From NCBI GenBank assembly GCA_028534125.1, contig CM052816.1:94490001-94554000 (forward strand): a stretch of DNA of 64,000 nt, written 5' to 3'. The stretch is from Lama glama. Lineage: Eukaryota. Made by a program: the position numbers and the translations under genes. The notes beneath the pieces were generated by a model. It saw only the letters and a list, made by a program, of their open reading frames with translations. It searched no databases and had not been told where the DNA came from. This document shows positions 13,264 through 24,400 of this stretch, piece after piece. Within the stretch, counting starts at the first letter, position 1; each line of letters opens with the position of its first letter.

Positions 13264-16194
13264 AAGAGTTTTGATATAAATTAGCTCTCTAATTCATAAT
13301 TAAATTCATTATACCTTTCTGGTCTTAAATATTAATATATAATTCAAAGTATTATTAAGAAGATCAAAAGTTATAATTTATGTAAATCCATTTTGTAAAC
13401 AATAAGGTATATTTATGTACTTATCATAATATAATTCTCATTTAGAAAAGAATGAGTTATTAAAATCTTAATGAGTTGTGAGCAGTGAACAATTATCGGC
13501 AAATCTAATAAAATAATTTCAATAAATTCACAATGACTAAAGATTTTCAAACAGGCTACACTGGAATCTAGAGATCTAAATTTTGTTTGAAATGACCTGA
13601 ATTAAATCTGTACCAATTATTTATGGCTCTATTAGGTTGCCTCTTCCTTTCAGGGCCGTTTTCTGCAGAAGAAAATAAAATTCATATATAACAATGTACC
13701 GTTTTCCACAGTGTTGGGAAAAAAGGTCTGTGCAGAAAGGGGAGGAGAAGGATCTGATCTTTTTAATTAGGTCCCAATCAGAATAAAGGTGAAAATTATA
13801 CCATGGAACGAAAAAAATGTGCGCAATCCTGGCTTTTCTATGGTTCTCAAAACGTGTGGCCCCCATCACGTATATGTGAAACATATGTCTGCGTGTTCTT
13901 GTTCGCACGTATGTCACTACAAATATTCACATATTCCTCATTCTTTCATGTCAGAGATAAGATATTCTAAAATACATCTGCATCCATGTATGGTATCACT
14001 AAAAGAGCATATCCTTCATTAAGAAATGCCCTTACTGCTTTACACTAGCTTAATTACAGTATTTGTTGGATTTAGAATTCCTCACATTCTATTCATTTAA
14101 TTCACTCATTTATCTGTGAGCCTTCAGTCTCACCAGGAGACATGGACGCCTACACAATGTTGTTCCTGCTGCATTTTTGTTACCAAAATGCTCATTACGT
14201 TCGACTTCAGTGCTGCTACTGCTGAGTTAATTGTTGACATTTCTTTCCAGATCAGACCATTCATTACCAACATTATTGTCTGGAAATGTGCTGTCTAATA
14301 ATTCTGCGATATACTTTCCTGTGCTAGTCTTCATTTTAAAAGATATGCACATCTATTGGTTTAATTGTTGACATATTTTTTCAACTTAGAAATATAAAAC
14401 ACAATGTACTTACTATACCTGTAGAAAATACTGGGTACATATTATATATAGATAGGGGTTTTTTTTTTTATTGCTTTTTTAGAGTGTCCTAAATATTGCT
14501 TCGAATTTAGGTGTCAGCAAATGGTTTTCACACACTGATACAAAAATCAGTGTGCCCTCGTATTGATATTTTACTGTCATTGTGTAATCCTCTAAATAGA
14601 TAAATACCTCAGTGATTGCCGTGAACATCCAACAGTGTCTGATGAGGAAAACATAGATGACCGGTGGAGAAGTGGGAGTTTGAGTCACATGTTTTAATCA
14701 TGAGTCATTTACCCTTCAGATTCATATTCATATCTGTGTGTCAGTATTAGATAATGAACATTTATGGTCCCCATATTTGGGATTTCCTGAAAGTAGGTAT
14801 ATTGATGCATTTTTTGAGCTACTTAACTTCAGAATTCCTCAGCGTGTAACTCAGGTACCCATTCGATTGCAAAAGAATGCCATCAGTGTTTTGGAAGAAA
14901 CCTGTACCTTTGGGAGTCCCATGTATACGTACGATAAGACTCCAAGAGACTGGGTAGTCAAGTTCGTGTGCTATTTCTCATCAGAACAGTAAACTTTATG
15001 GCCTATGAACCCCAGTAGAAAGTCTAAATTGTGTTCATTAGTCCCCTTTCCCTGATTCCTTACAGAACTGCACTCCCAGGGGATAATTCTCCTATTTGAT
15101 CCATGTTAGCCTCATAAAGAAGTAGAGCTTCCAGACTTTTTTGATTTTCAGAACCAGCAAAAATAAAACGAAGTGCAAAAAATCTTTTGCCAGCTGTGGA
15201 TGTCACATTTGGGGAAAAATACTATATTTGGGTAAAAACTACTGTTGACAAGTTCAAGATTTCATACACGATTGGGGAGAATGAAAAAAAATTCCAAAAA
15301 TTTCATTAAAGAAGTACCTATGTGTCAATACCTACAAAAAAGTTCTGTAAGCCACAAGCTTCTAAAAAGTTCTATTAGAAATAAAACACCTGTTTGAGAT
15401 AAACCTTGCTATGATCGGTAACTTTTCTCCTTTACCACGGTTTCTTTCTTTCGGTTTTCCAGAAAATGTCGCTGTGGTATCATGACCTAACAAGGCAGGT
15501 TGTCCCATTCATTTCTGCTCTTATTATAGGCACAGTACTTCTGTTTGACGTTTCTAAGCCAATCCTTAATGAGCATGAACTTTAATGAATATTAACATTT
15601 TACACTTGCCTTTATTGATAATATGTTTTGCTTAAGTCCTGCACTTTTCATACATTTTTTTTGGTGACTGAAGATGTGTTTTTTTCAGCTCTTCGTCTTT
15701 AAACCATATGTTAAAAGGCTGTAAGTAATAGACACTTCCTCTCTCGCCTCAACTTGTAAACCTCCCGCTAGGAGGCTAATAAAGGGGAGAGCAAAATGTA
15801 TTTCCTTCTGTTTAAGGAGGTGCAACTAAATCATTCCAGTATAAGTGAATAAAGGATTTTTGAATTTCTGAATATGACATCGACCTTAATGGCCTTCAAA
15901 GGGGTAGGCAAAGCCATAGTTGGTGAAGGATTACTTAGTAAGTAGACTGGTTAGGGGACAGCCCTGGGGTGCTGACTCCCTTAGGAACCTGGCTGGTTCT
16001 TATGGGGCTGGAATTTCTCCTCCTCAGAATTTTTTTTCTTGGTGGGGGGTAGAGGAATGGGTAATCTGATTCTTCATTGCTGTGCAAAAACCCCATAAGA
16101 AATGATGCGGTCGTGATTTTTAGGCATGACTCCAGGAGACACACGTAAAGCCTTGTAAATGACGGTAGGGGTATCTGGTGGTGAAGATCACCAG

Positions 16195-16315
16195 TTCTGA
16201 AGTCCAGCTGCTCAAGTTCTTGTAACAAGTGTCACCTACTTAAGATCTGTGTGATTTGGGGCAAAATATTTAATCTTTCTGAATCTCTTTTCTCGTCTCT
16301 AAAATGAGAGAATGA
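16195..16315 (+). mobile_element. MIR fragment
   Basis: MIR core ctgtgtgatttggggcaaaatatttaatctttctgaatctcttttctcgtctctaaaatgaga. Confidence 0.7.
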
Positions 16316-18074
16316 CTTGTTCCATTTGAATGTGTGCAGAAACAATGCTAAAATTCCACTCTGTGCTTAAGTGGCTTATTTAGTACAACAAAAAAGGTGG
16401 CTATTCCTCATGGCAGGAGGGTTTGAACAGAGGCAGTTTCAGGAGAGTGGGAAGTGAGTTCCCCTTGTTATCCAGTGGGGAGTCACCTCCTCATAAAATG
16501 CCAGCTCTTCTCGTCTTCATTATGTTTTCTTAATATCCCTCAGCCCAGAGTGCTCAAGTGCGAATTAAAAGAAGCACAGCATTGGTGGAGGCCAAATTGT
16601 GAATTTAGAGCAAGAAACAGGAAACAGCACAAATCTACAGAGTTAAGTGAGCCTTAATTTGCATCCAGTCCATTGGATGACCTGAGAAGTCTTGAAAATG
16701 CCAAGGAATCACATCATTCTAGATGGGCTGCAGTTAATGAAGCACAAATTCAGTTTTTAGGAGCTCTGAAGAGCTGTAAGCCAGGCTGTAGGCATCCTCA
16801 CACTTATTTCAGTTGTGCAGTGTGAATTCCAGAACCAGCTGAAGCTGTGTCATACAGTGAGACGCCTCCGTTTTTTCCTACTTGGGCAACGTTCAGAAAT
16901 AGAGGTGTGTTCAAAACATCTTGTAAAAAATCCTTCAAAATTCTCAAAAGAGAGTGTAACATTTCCACAAATGCTACGTCACTGATCCTGTAGTGACTGA
17001 CATCTTTTTAATATACAGTGTTACAATACCTACCGAGTCCTTCGATTCAAGATCAGTTTGGACTTGTTTGGGTTAGCTCCCTAACCCTGCTCCACACACC
17101 ACCAACCCCGCTGCAGGACAGAGGACGCACTTAGAGGTTGTTCTCAGGCATTCAAGAAGACGTGGAACAAATACACTACATTTCGTGAAAGACTGCTGAC
17201 CAGATATTTAAATACTGCTCTCAATTAAAAAAAAAAAAACGCTGAGAAGCAAATAAAAAACACAAAAACAATGCTCAAGTACTAGAATCACAGGGATGCT
17301 GGCCATATTGAGCCCGTTGACCCATGTGTGATTCCCACCTCCTGACAGAGCATCAGTAGCCACGGTCCTCTGCATCGTAACTTCCCAAGACGCAGTTAAA
17401 TCTTAAAAGTGAGAGGACAGACCGTTCCCGGCTAAGTGTAAAAAATTGTGCTAATATCCAAGGAGCATGCGTTCCACAAAAAGTCATGATACCAGAATAT
17501 TTACAGAGGTAGCGTTTGATGTATTGAAATGTACGTTTTCCAGAATTTACTCATGTTTGTTTTAAACGCACCCCTCTGATTTCTTGGAACTTTAGTCTTT
17601 TTTTTTGCAAAGAAATATTTTTAAAGTATTCTCTCTGGCTTGTGTCTTAGCCAAACACAGTTCTTGGGGGAAGAACTTAAAATGCTTAGTCATGTGCGCT
17701 TTCTACTTGGTATTCCTTCTGTGCCTCCGCCTAGAGCAATGACATAATACCTAAGTCCGGCCGCAGGGACAGGGCCCACTCTGTTTTGACAGAGTATTAT
17801 TCATGATCACCCCTTTACATAAATGTTAAAGAATATCAGATAAAGACATGAGCTAATTATGCAAAAAATCGAAACAAATGCTGCTTTTAATACTGGGAGA
17901 CTAAGATGCAGTAATCTTAGCTGTCAGATACACTGAGTTCTCTCTTAGGAGATACTGCCTCACATACATGCTTGAGATGTGAAAAAAGGGTAAAATAAGA
18001 TAGACACCTTCCATCTGCGTTCTACCAGAAGGAAACTCTCCTCTGTAATTTAAAATGTTGCATTCTGCCAAGGG

Positions 18075-18085
18075 GTGTGTGTGTA

Positions 18086-18118
<33 letters not shown>
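18075..18118. repeat. Compound (GT)n(GA)n microsatellite
   Basis: gtgtgtgtgtatgtgtgt followed by (ga)13. Confidence 0.95.
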
Positions 18119-19879
18119 ACTTTAAAGATGAGGAATTCTGCATTCGTTGTCACTAGCCCTTGGAAAGAGCATACATTCATTGTAAAACCACTGCACTGCG
18201 TGGCATTTTAGGAGTAGTTTATAGAGCAGATGTGTTTCTACCTGTCATTAATTAATGCATTTAAAAATGTGTTCTAAATTCACTCTCTTGCAGTCTTTGC
18301 AATCGTGTGTTCACTAACTGGAGATTCCTGCCTTCAAGCTTTGTTTGTGCTCGAAATATACATTTGTATGAATTTCATGGATGGACAGTTTACAACATCA
18401 GGGATGCCGGGGGTTTGCGGAACTGTAACCGGATGGTCAGCTACCCATACTGTTTGAGAAACCAAGGGTGCTTTGAATACACTGAACTGAATTTCATGCC
18501 ACAGCAGAGCAATGAAATGCTTTCATCTTAATTTGTCATTGCATGAGCGTTCATTAAGGCATAGAGAAAGAAAGGTGTGTGTCTTGCCCCAGTAGGTCCC
18601 AAATAAGAGCTTTTGACCCCAATAGGGCAAATGAGAACCAACGTATGTTTTATTCATGGGGGTTTTAGGATATAAAGCCTACACTCCTAGTTGGAAGGGT
18701 CCGATTTACACTGATTCACAAATACGAGCCGGTGTGTGAAGTCACGTATTTCCAGCCTCCAAGTACTGAAGGTCCCGTTTCTGACTGTCCCACACCAGGT
18801 CCCCAGCGTTTAGCAGCAGCAGGCAGCATGAGGGTTTTAGTTTTATATGAGTCCTTGTCACCACCAGGCCCTGGGCAAAAGGCCAGCGTTGTTGGTTTGA
18901 CTTCCTTCCTCTTCCTTTTCTCCTTTTCTTTCCTCTCCCACGTCCTGCGATCCATTCTGGCCGTGGACAGCAGAGATGAGTGCAGACTGCAAATGAAGAG
19001 ACGAGCTGGCCCTGGAAATATTACCCCTTGCAACTGTTTAATTGCGGAGAAGTCTTTGTGCTGGCGCTTTGCCGTGCCCCTCCGAAAGCACATTCAGTAA
19101 TTTGACTGTCAATCATTTGTAATTTTATACCTTAGAGTCTGGAGGGGTAATAAATAGAATTAGAGCTCTCCACTGGAATGCTGATTCTCAGAAAATGAAA
19201 AGCCAGAATTTCCGGAAGAGTCCTTAATACGTTCCTTTGAAAGATCAGGTTTTATTAAAATTAAGAAAAAGCAAACTATTCACATTAAACTTATTTCAAG
19301 CCACTTCAAAATCTGTCACTTATTTATAACGTTCAAACTTTCCTGTATTAGTGCTACTTAGTCTTCTACCCGGCTGTCAGTGTTAGGAGACAAAAATGAC
19401 CAGGACATTAAAAATGTCATTTCTTTCTTTATATTTGGTCAGAGAAATTGGATTATTTGTCCAGAAGGACAACATAGTGAATTATTTTTAAATCGATGAT
19501 ACCACATTAAATAGTGATTCCTTCATCCTTGGGTTCTACTTTTATTTTGTAAGACTTAAAAATCTTTTATTTTCTTTTAAAACAAAATTGGTAAGGCTAT
19601 TGCTGGAAGCCTCTAAAGTTAAAATGATTTGTAAAAGAAAATCAAGACCATTGGAAGGTAAATAATGCTCCTGTTTTCATGCATGCCTGTTATGACGTCC
19701 AAAATCTAGGAGTGAAAATAATTTAGGGCTTTCTCTTTTAAGTGTAACATACATACAAACAAGTGCAAATGCCGTCAGGTGCAGCTTGCTCAAGGTAATG
19801 TGAAAGAGGTGGCCACAATATTGCGTTTTAGTTATCGGTTTATTTTCTTTGCTGAATAGCGTTTCATCGAGCACATACA

Positions 19880-20370
19880 CCGTATATGTCCATTCTCATA
19901 CTGGGCATTTCAGGGCTGTCCAGTGGGGAATGATGTGAACACTGCTGATGTGAGCATCACAGGTGATGTCTTCTGATGCACTTAAGCTCGTTTCTAGTGA
20001 GTGTACACCTGGGAGCAGAATTTCTGGGACATAGAGTTTGCATATAAAGGGCTTTAAAAGAGATTAGCACACATCAAGTTTCTTTTACCATTTTATATCC
20101 CCACTCAGTGTTTGTGAAAGTTCTAATAAAACCCAATACTTGCCAATATTGGGCATTTTCTCTCCTCTCTCTTTTCTATGTTAACCCTTCTGATGGGTAC
20201 GTAGTGACATCCCATGGAAGTTGAAATGTGCATATCCTTTGTGAGTGATGAAGTTGTACATCTTTTCATTTGTTTATTGGCTGTGTGGATATCCTGTTTT
20301 ATAAAGTGCTTGTTCAATTATTTTGAAATGTATATATGTGTATACACACACACACATAAATATATACACA

Positions 20371-20415
<45 letters not shown>

Positions 20416-21480
20416 TCAGAGAAAAATTTCTCCCACTACTGCTCCTTCACTTTCTCAGTGGAGTCTTTGATAAACAGAATTTTCCAATTAATATGAACCA
20501 ATTTACACCTTTTGTATTCCTTTCATGGTTAGCACTTTTTGTGTCCTGCTAACGAAAGCCTTGGCTACTCTAAGGTCATGCGTGTGTTCCATATTTTACT
20601 TTCAAAGCTTTACTGTTTAATCTTCCGCCTATAGACCAGCACTTTATATGGAATTGATTTTTGTGTATTTTTGAGATGGGAGTCAGGGTGCATTTTTCAC
20701 CATATAGATAAGCAGGTGGAAGCACCGTCTGCAGGGCAGTTTTAGGAGCCTCATGAGTTAGGTCTGTGTGTGGCTTGGTGTCCAGGTTCTCTCTCATCCC
20801 ACCCTTCTGTGTCTCCTTCCATGGACACCACATGGTCTTACTTGCTGCAGCTTTGTAATGTGCCTTCTCATCTGTTAGGTTCTGCCTTCCAGGTTTGTTT
20901 CTGTCCCTCAAGACTGCTTGCTCGTCTTGGCACTGTGCGTTTTCATGTGCATTTTAGAATCTATTACCTATTACTTCAGCCTCTCCCACCCCTGAAAAAA
21001 AAAACAGCACGTTGAGATTTGGATTGGAATTGTGTTAAATCTGTCAGTTAACCCAAGGAGATTGCAACCTTTGTAATATTAAACCTGTCCATCCATAAAC
21101 GTGATATTTCCCTCCAATCGCTGTGTCTGCTTTAATGTCAACAGGATTGTGTAGTGTTTGGTGTGGAGGTCTTATACCACGTTCACAGATTTGTTCCTAA
21201 GCATTGGATGTTTTTCTATGATACTTATAAATACTACTATTGTTTTAATTTCTTTGCTGTTAATATACATAAGGAAAATTGATCTTTGTCCATGTTTCTT
21301 TTTGTTTTTACTTTCTTGCCTAAGACCTCCGGTACAATGTTAAGAAGAGTGAGTGATGATAGCAGTGGATGATACCTTCTTACTCATATTTAAGGAGAAG
21401 TTTTCAGTATTTAACTCTGAAATTTTTTTCATTATCCAATTGAGGGGATTTCTCTCCAGGCCTTATTTGCAAACATAGTC
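19880..21480 (-). mobile_element. Old LINE-1 (L1M-type), ORF2 3' region
   Basis: ORF 20123..20317 (-) NKHFIKQDIHTANKQMKRCTTS...MGCHYVPIR is degenerate L1 ORF2p; T-rich antisense L1 motifs continue to ~21480. Confidence 0.8.
20331..20415. repeat. Interrupted (TA)/(CA)n microsatellite
   Basis: Seen directly inside the old L1. Confidence 0.95.
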
Positions 21481-21715
21481 TTTTAAATTATAAGTGACAG
21501 TTGGATCTTTTGAAAAACAAATACTTAAACGCTTTTTTTTAGGATCGAGTTTAAACCATTATTATGGATATTCCGCAAGGTTCAGCTCTTTCTACTTCTT
21601 TCCTGGAAACACTAAAATCAACCAAACATACAAAAGAATTAGGATTACAGTTCCACTTACAATAATACTAGGAAAAGAATGAGCCACAAACCCATATAAA
21701 GAGGGTAGGCAGTAA

Positions 21716-21832
21716 GGGAGGGTATAGCTCAGTGGTAGAGCATGTGCTTGGCATGCATGAGGTCCTGGGTTCCATCCCTGGTATCTCCATTTAATAAATA
21801 AATAAATAAACTTGACCACCCCCACCCCCAAA
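21716..21832 (+). mobile_element. tRNA-derived SINE, camelid Vic-1 type, with target site duplication (TSD)
   Basis: gggagggtatagctcagtggtagagcatgtgcttggcatgcatgaggtcctgggttccatccc. 15-bp TSD aaagagggta(g/t)gcag at 21698-21712 and 21833-21847. Confidence 0.93.
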
Positions 21833-22109
21833 AAAGAGGGTATGCAGAGTTTAAACACTGCTTTCTAGACATTCAATATGTACATTTCATTTAAAAAAAG
21901 AAGGGAGAAGGGAAAGATGGATGGAAGGAAGGAAGGGTCATGACTCAGCATCCTTCATTGGAACACTGAGCTCATGGGGGACACGGGAGAGACCAAAAGC
22001 CCCATGGAGGGCAAACTCCAACAAGAGAGAATAATCTTGAGGGAAGTATTACAAGAACTACATTATTAGTTTTCACTTCTCTCGCGCTCAGCACCCCTCT
22101 CCTTCCCAA

Positions 22110-22630
22110 TCTGTTACTAAGCAAAAGTCAGGCCAAGATAAAGTTGCCATCATTCAAAAATAAGTAATAAACTGGAGGGTTTAAATATAAAACAGAGGGT
22201 TAACACTATCCAAAAAAGTAACAAATAAATCGGAAAGAGAAAAAAGTAACACAATAATACACAAAAGGCAGAGAAAGTATGACTCCAGAAAATAAAATTA
22301 CCCTCAGAAAACGTAAGAGACAGTTGGCCGTATTCTTTAATAGCCTGAAGACATTTAAAATGATGGAGGAGAAATGAAATCAAAGAGATCATGATAAGTC
22401 AAAAAAGACGTGAAAGGAATAACAATGAATTGGCAACGCTCATGAAAAAATAGGAAAAAAAATAAAGCCACTTTCTGAAATGAAGCCACATTAGACATTA
22501 GAAGGCTCAAGAATAGTGCAGAAATAAAGAGAGGGGACTGGTAGAGGGAAATTAAAGCGGAAGATGGGAAAAAACCTCATAAAGCAACCAAAACAGAAGG
22601 CAATAGATATGGAAGGGAGAGAGCTGGGAA
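22110..22630 (+). mobile_element. Probable ancient L1-ORF1-related element (HAL1 or L1M ORF1 remnant)
   Basis: Strong A/purine skew on + with degenerate ORF1-like coiled-coil composition. No intact frame; family uncertain. Confidence 0.4.
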
Positions 22631-24169
22631 CTAATGCGGATGTATGAGTGGTGGTGGTTCTCACCTGGGAAAGTAATTTTCTTACAGGTGAGACTGTCAC
22701 CCTGGCTCTTAATTCTCTTCTTCAGTTTTCAGTGTCAGAAGAGACCTGAATGATTCATTTACAAAACATCAGAGAATTTCGAAGTAAGGCCATGAGTTGC
22801 CCAGTTTCAGGGGCATCTTCATAGAAATGAGGGTGAGCTGTGCTCTGCAGGCATCACAAACACCACATGCAGTTACACCCTAGGGAGAATGACCCATTTT
22901 GCCAGCAACAGAGGATCTTATCAAATCTGCACCAGCAGGAAACACAGGCACCGATGAACCATCGTTGCAAAACTGTCTTAGAGACAACACTGTCGGTCAA
23001 GACCTAGATCCAGGTGCATGATTTAGGGCCGGACATACAGCTGTCTTAAGGGAGGGTGCGGTGGCTGTTGGGGTATGTGGAATAAGAACTACCCTTGACT
23101 TTACAAAAGTACGTACTGTTTGAATTTTTAATAATCCGCTTGTATTGTTTGAAAAATAATCAAAACCTAATTTTAAATCACCCTGTTTAGTTCTTATTGG
23201 AGGTAATACCAAATACTAGTAGTCTTTCCTTTCAACGTCATCAAATATTATCCTAACAATTGTAGTTGTATAAACTTTTAGAATTGAAGAAAGTATTTCC
23301 TTAATAAGTTATCAACCTGTTAATACTCACAGTTACCTACTTACACCGCAGGTGTTATCTCTGTTTTAAATAACGCGCCCTAGGTCATCTAGTTTTTACG
23401 TGACCTGAGTCCATTTTGGCACACAGTTCAATAAAGTGTTTAAAATACATTATTCAATCCATGTTTCTGGAAGTCCTAGCTAAAAGAGGGAAAATCAGGT
23501 AAAAAGACTCAAAGGAGTGTTTGAGCTACTGTAATAGCTGGAGGAGGGCGGATGGGACTGGATATCAGGAAATAAAATTTAGCTTTAAAGTCAGCATCTA
23601 GACAAGTTCTCTCTTCTGTGAGCCCTTTGGGTTCGTTAAACTTTGCCCCATTTTATACTTCTTTTAAATTACAATTGCATTTCAAAAAATGAAAAAAAAA
23701 TTCGAATAAACTTGTGTTGGTGGCTCTGCCCATCTTTGAAATAAAACTAGACTGGCTTTGAATACGAACTCTAAACCGTCTTGAATCTATCTCCTGCCTT
23801 TGAATTCACCAAGGAAACAAAGTCTAGATTCAGTATGAGAATAATTTTATGGTTCTGTGGGGACTATTTTTTTTTTTTATGTGAGAGACAGATAGTTGGG
23901 GATCCAGATACAAATTCGGGGCAGAGGAATGGAAGATTAGAAAACTAGAATTTGCTAGGCAGGCCAGTGGGAGGGTCCTTTTGTGATGAAATGTTGCATA
24001 AATAATGCCGATGGGGGTCTAAATTCACTGTTGCCATGGAGACCTTTGTGCCTGGCTGAACTCAATTCTTTTCTCTTTTAAGACGGCAACCACTAGGCTT
24101 GCGGTGTCTTGATGCTTCTTGTTTTGCTTTCTCTTAAACTGTTTGCAACTGAAAGCAGGAATAAAACTA

Positions 24170-24400
24170 TGATAATTCGGCGTCCTGACTTTTTTGAGGC
24201 TGTTTTTCCACGCCGTTCGTGATTTCTGAGCTCCTCGGGGGTTCCTGGTGTGGGGAGGGAGGAGCGGATGGGAGATCGCCAGGAACCGCCCGCACCGCTG
24301 CCCGGGAAGGAGGGAAAAGTAACCCCTCATCTTTGTGACTAGTCGCCTTGTTTGTCTCGACTACAGTTTTGAAGTATTTAAGGACCGTTTGTTTCCAAAG
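24170..24400 (+). promoter_or_regulatory. CTNND2: Candidate internal promoter / alternative first exon of CTNND2
   Basis: About 15 CpGs in ~220 bp within AT-rich, TE-free DNA, with GC-box-like ggggagggagg and ccgccc, ending in donor AAG|gtaata at 24400/24401. It lies ~24 kb upstream of the exon-3 acceptor, similar to my recollection of human alternative 5' CTNND2 variants. Confidence 0.6.

Noticed and set aside
15761..15778. CTCF-like ccgctaggaggcta and small hairpin
   Set aside because: Several mismatches in the core 3' half and only a 5-bp stem; insufficient without data.
18716..19100. Overlapping 122-125 aa ORFs on both strands
   Set aside because: No recognisable protein similarity, and the length is expected by chance in moderately GC-rich DNA.
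21716..21790. tRNA gene
   Set aside because: tRNA-like head of a SINE with an A-rich tail and TSD, present in four diverged copies. No proper acceptor stem.
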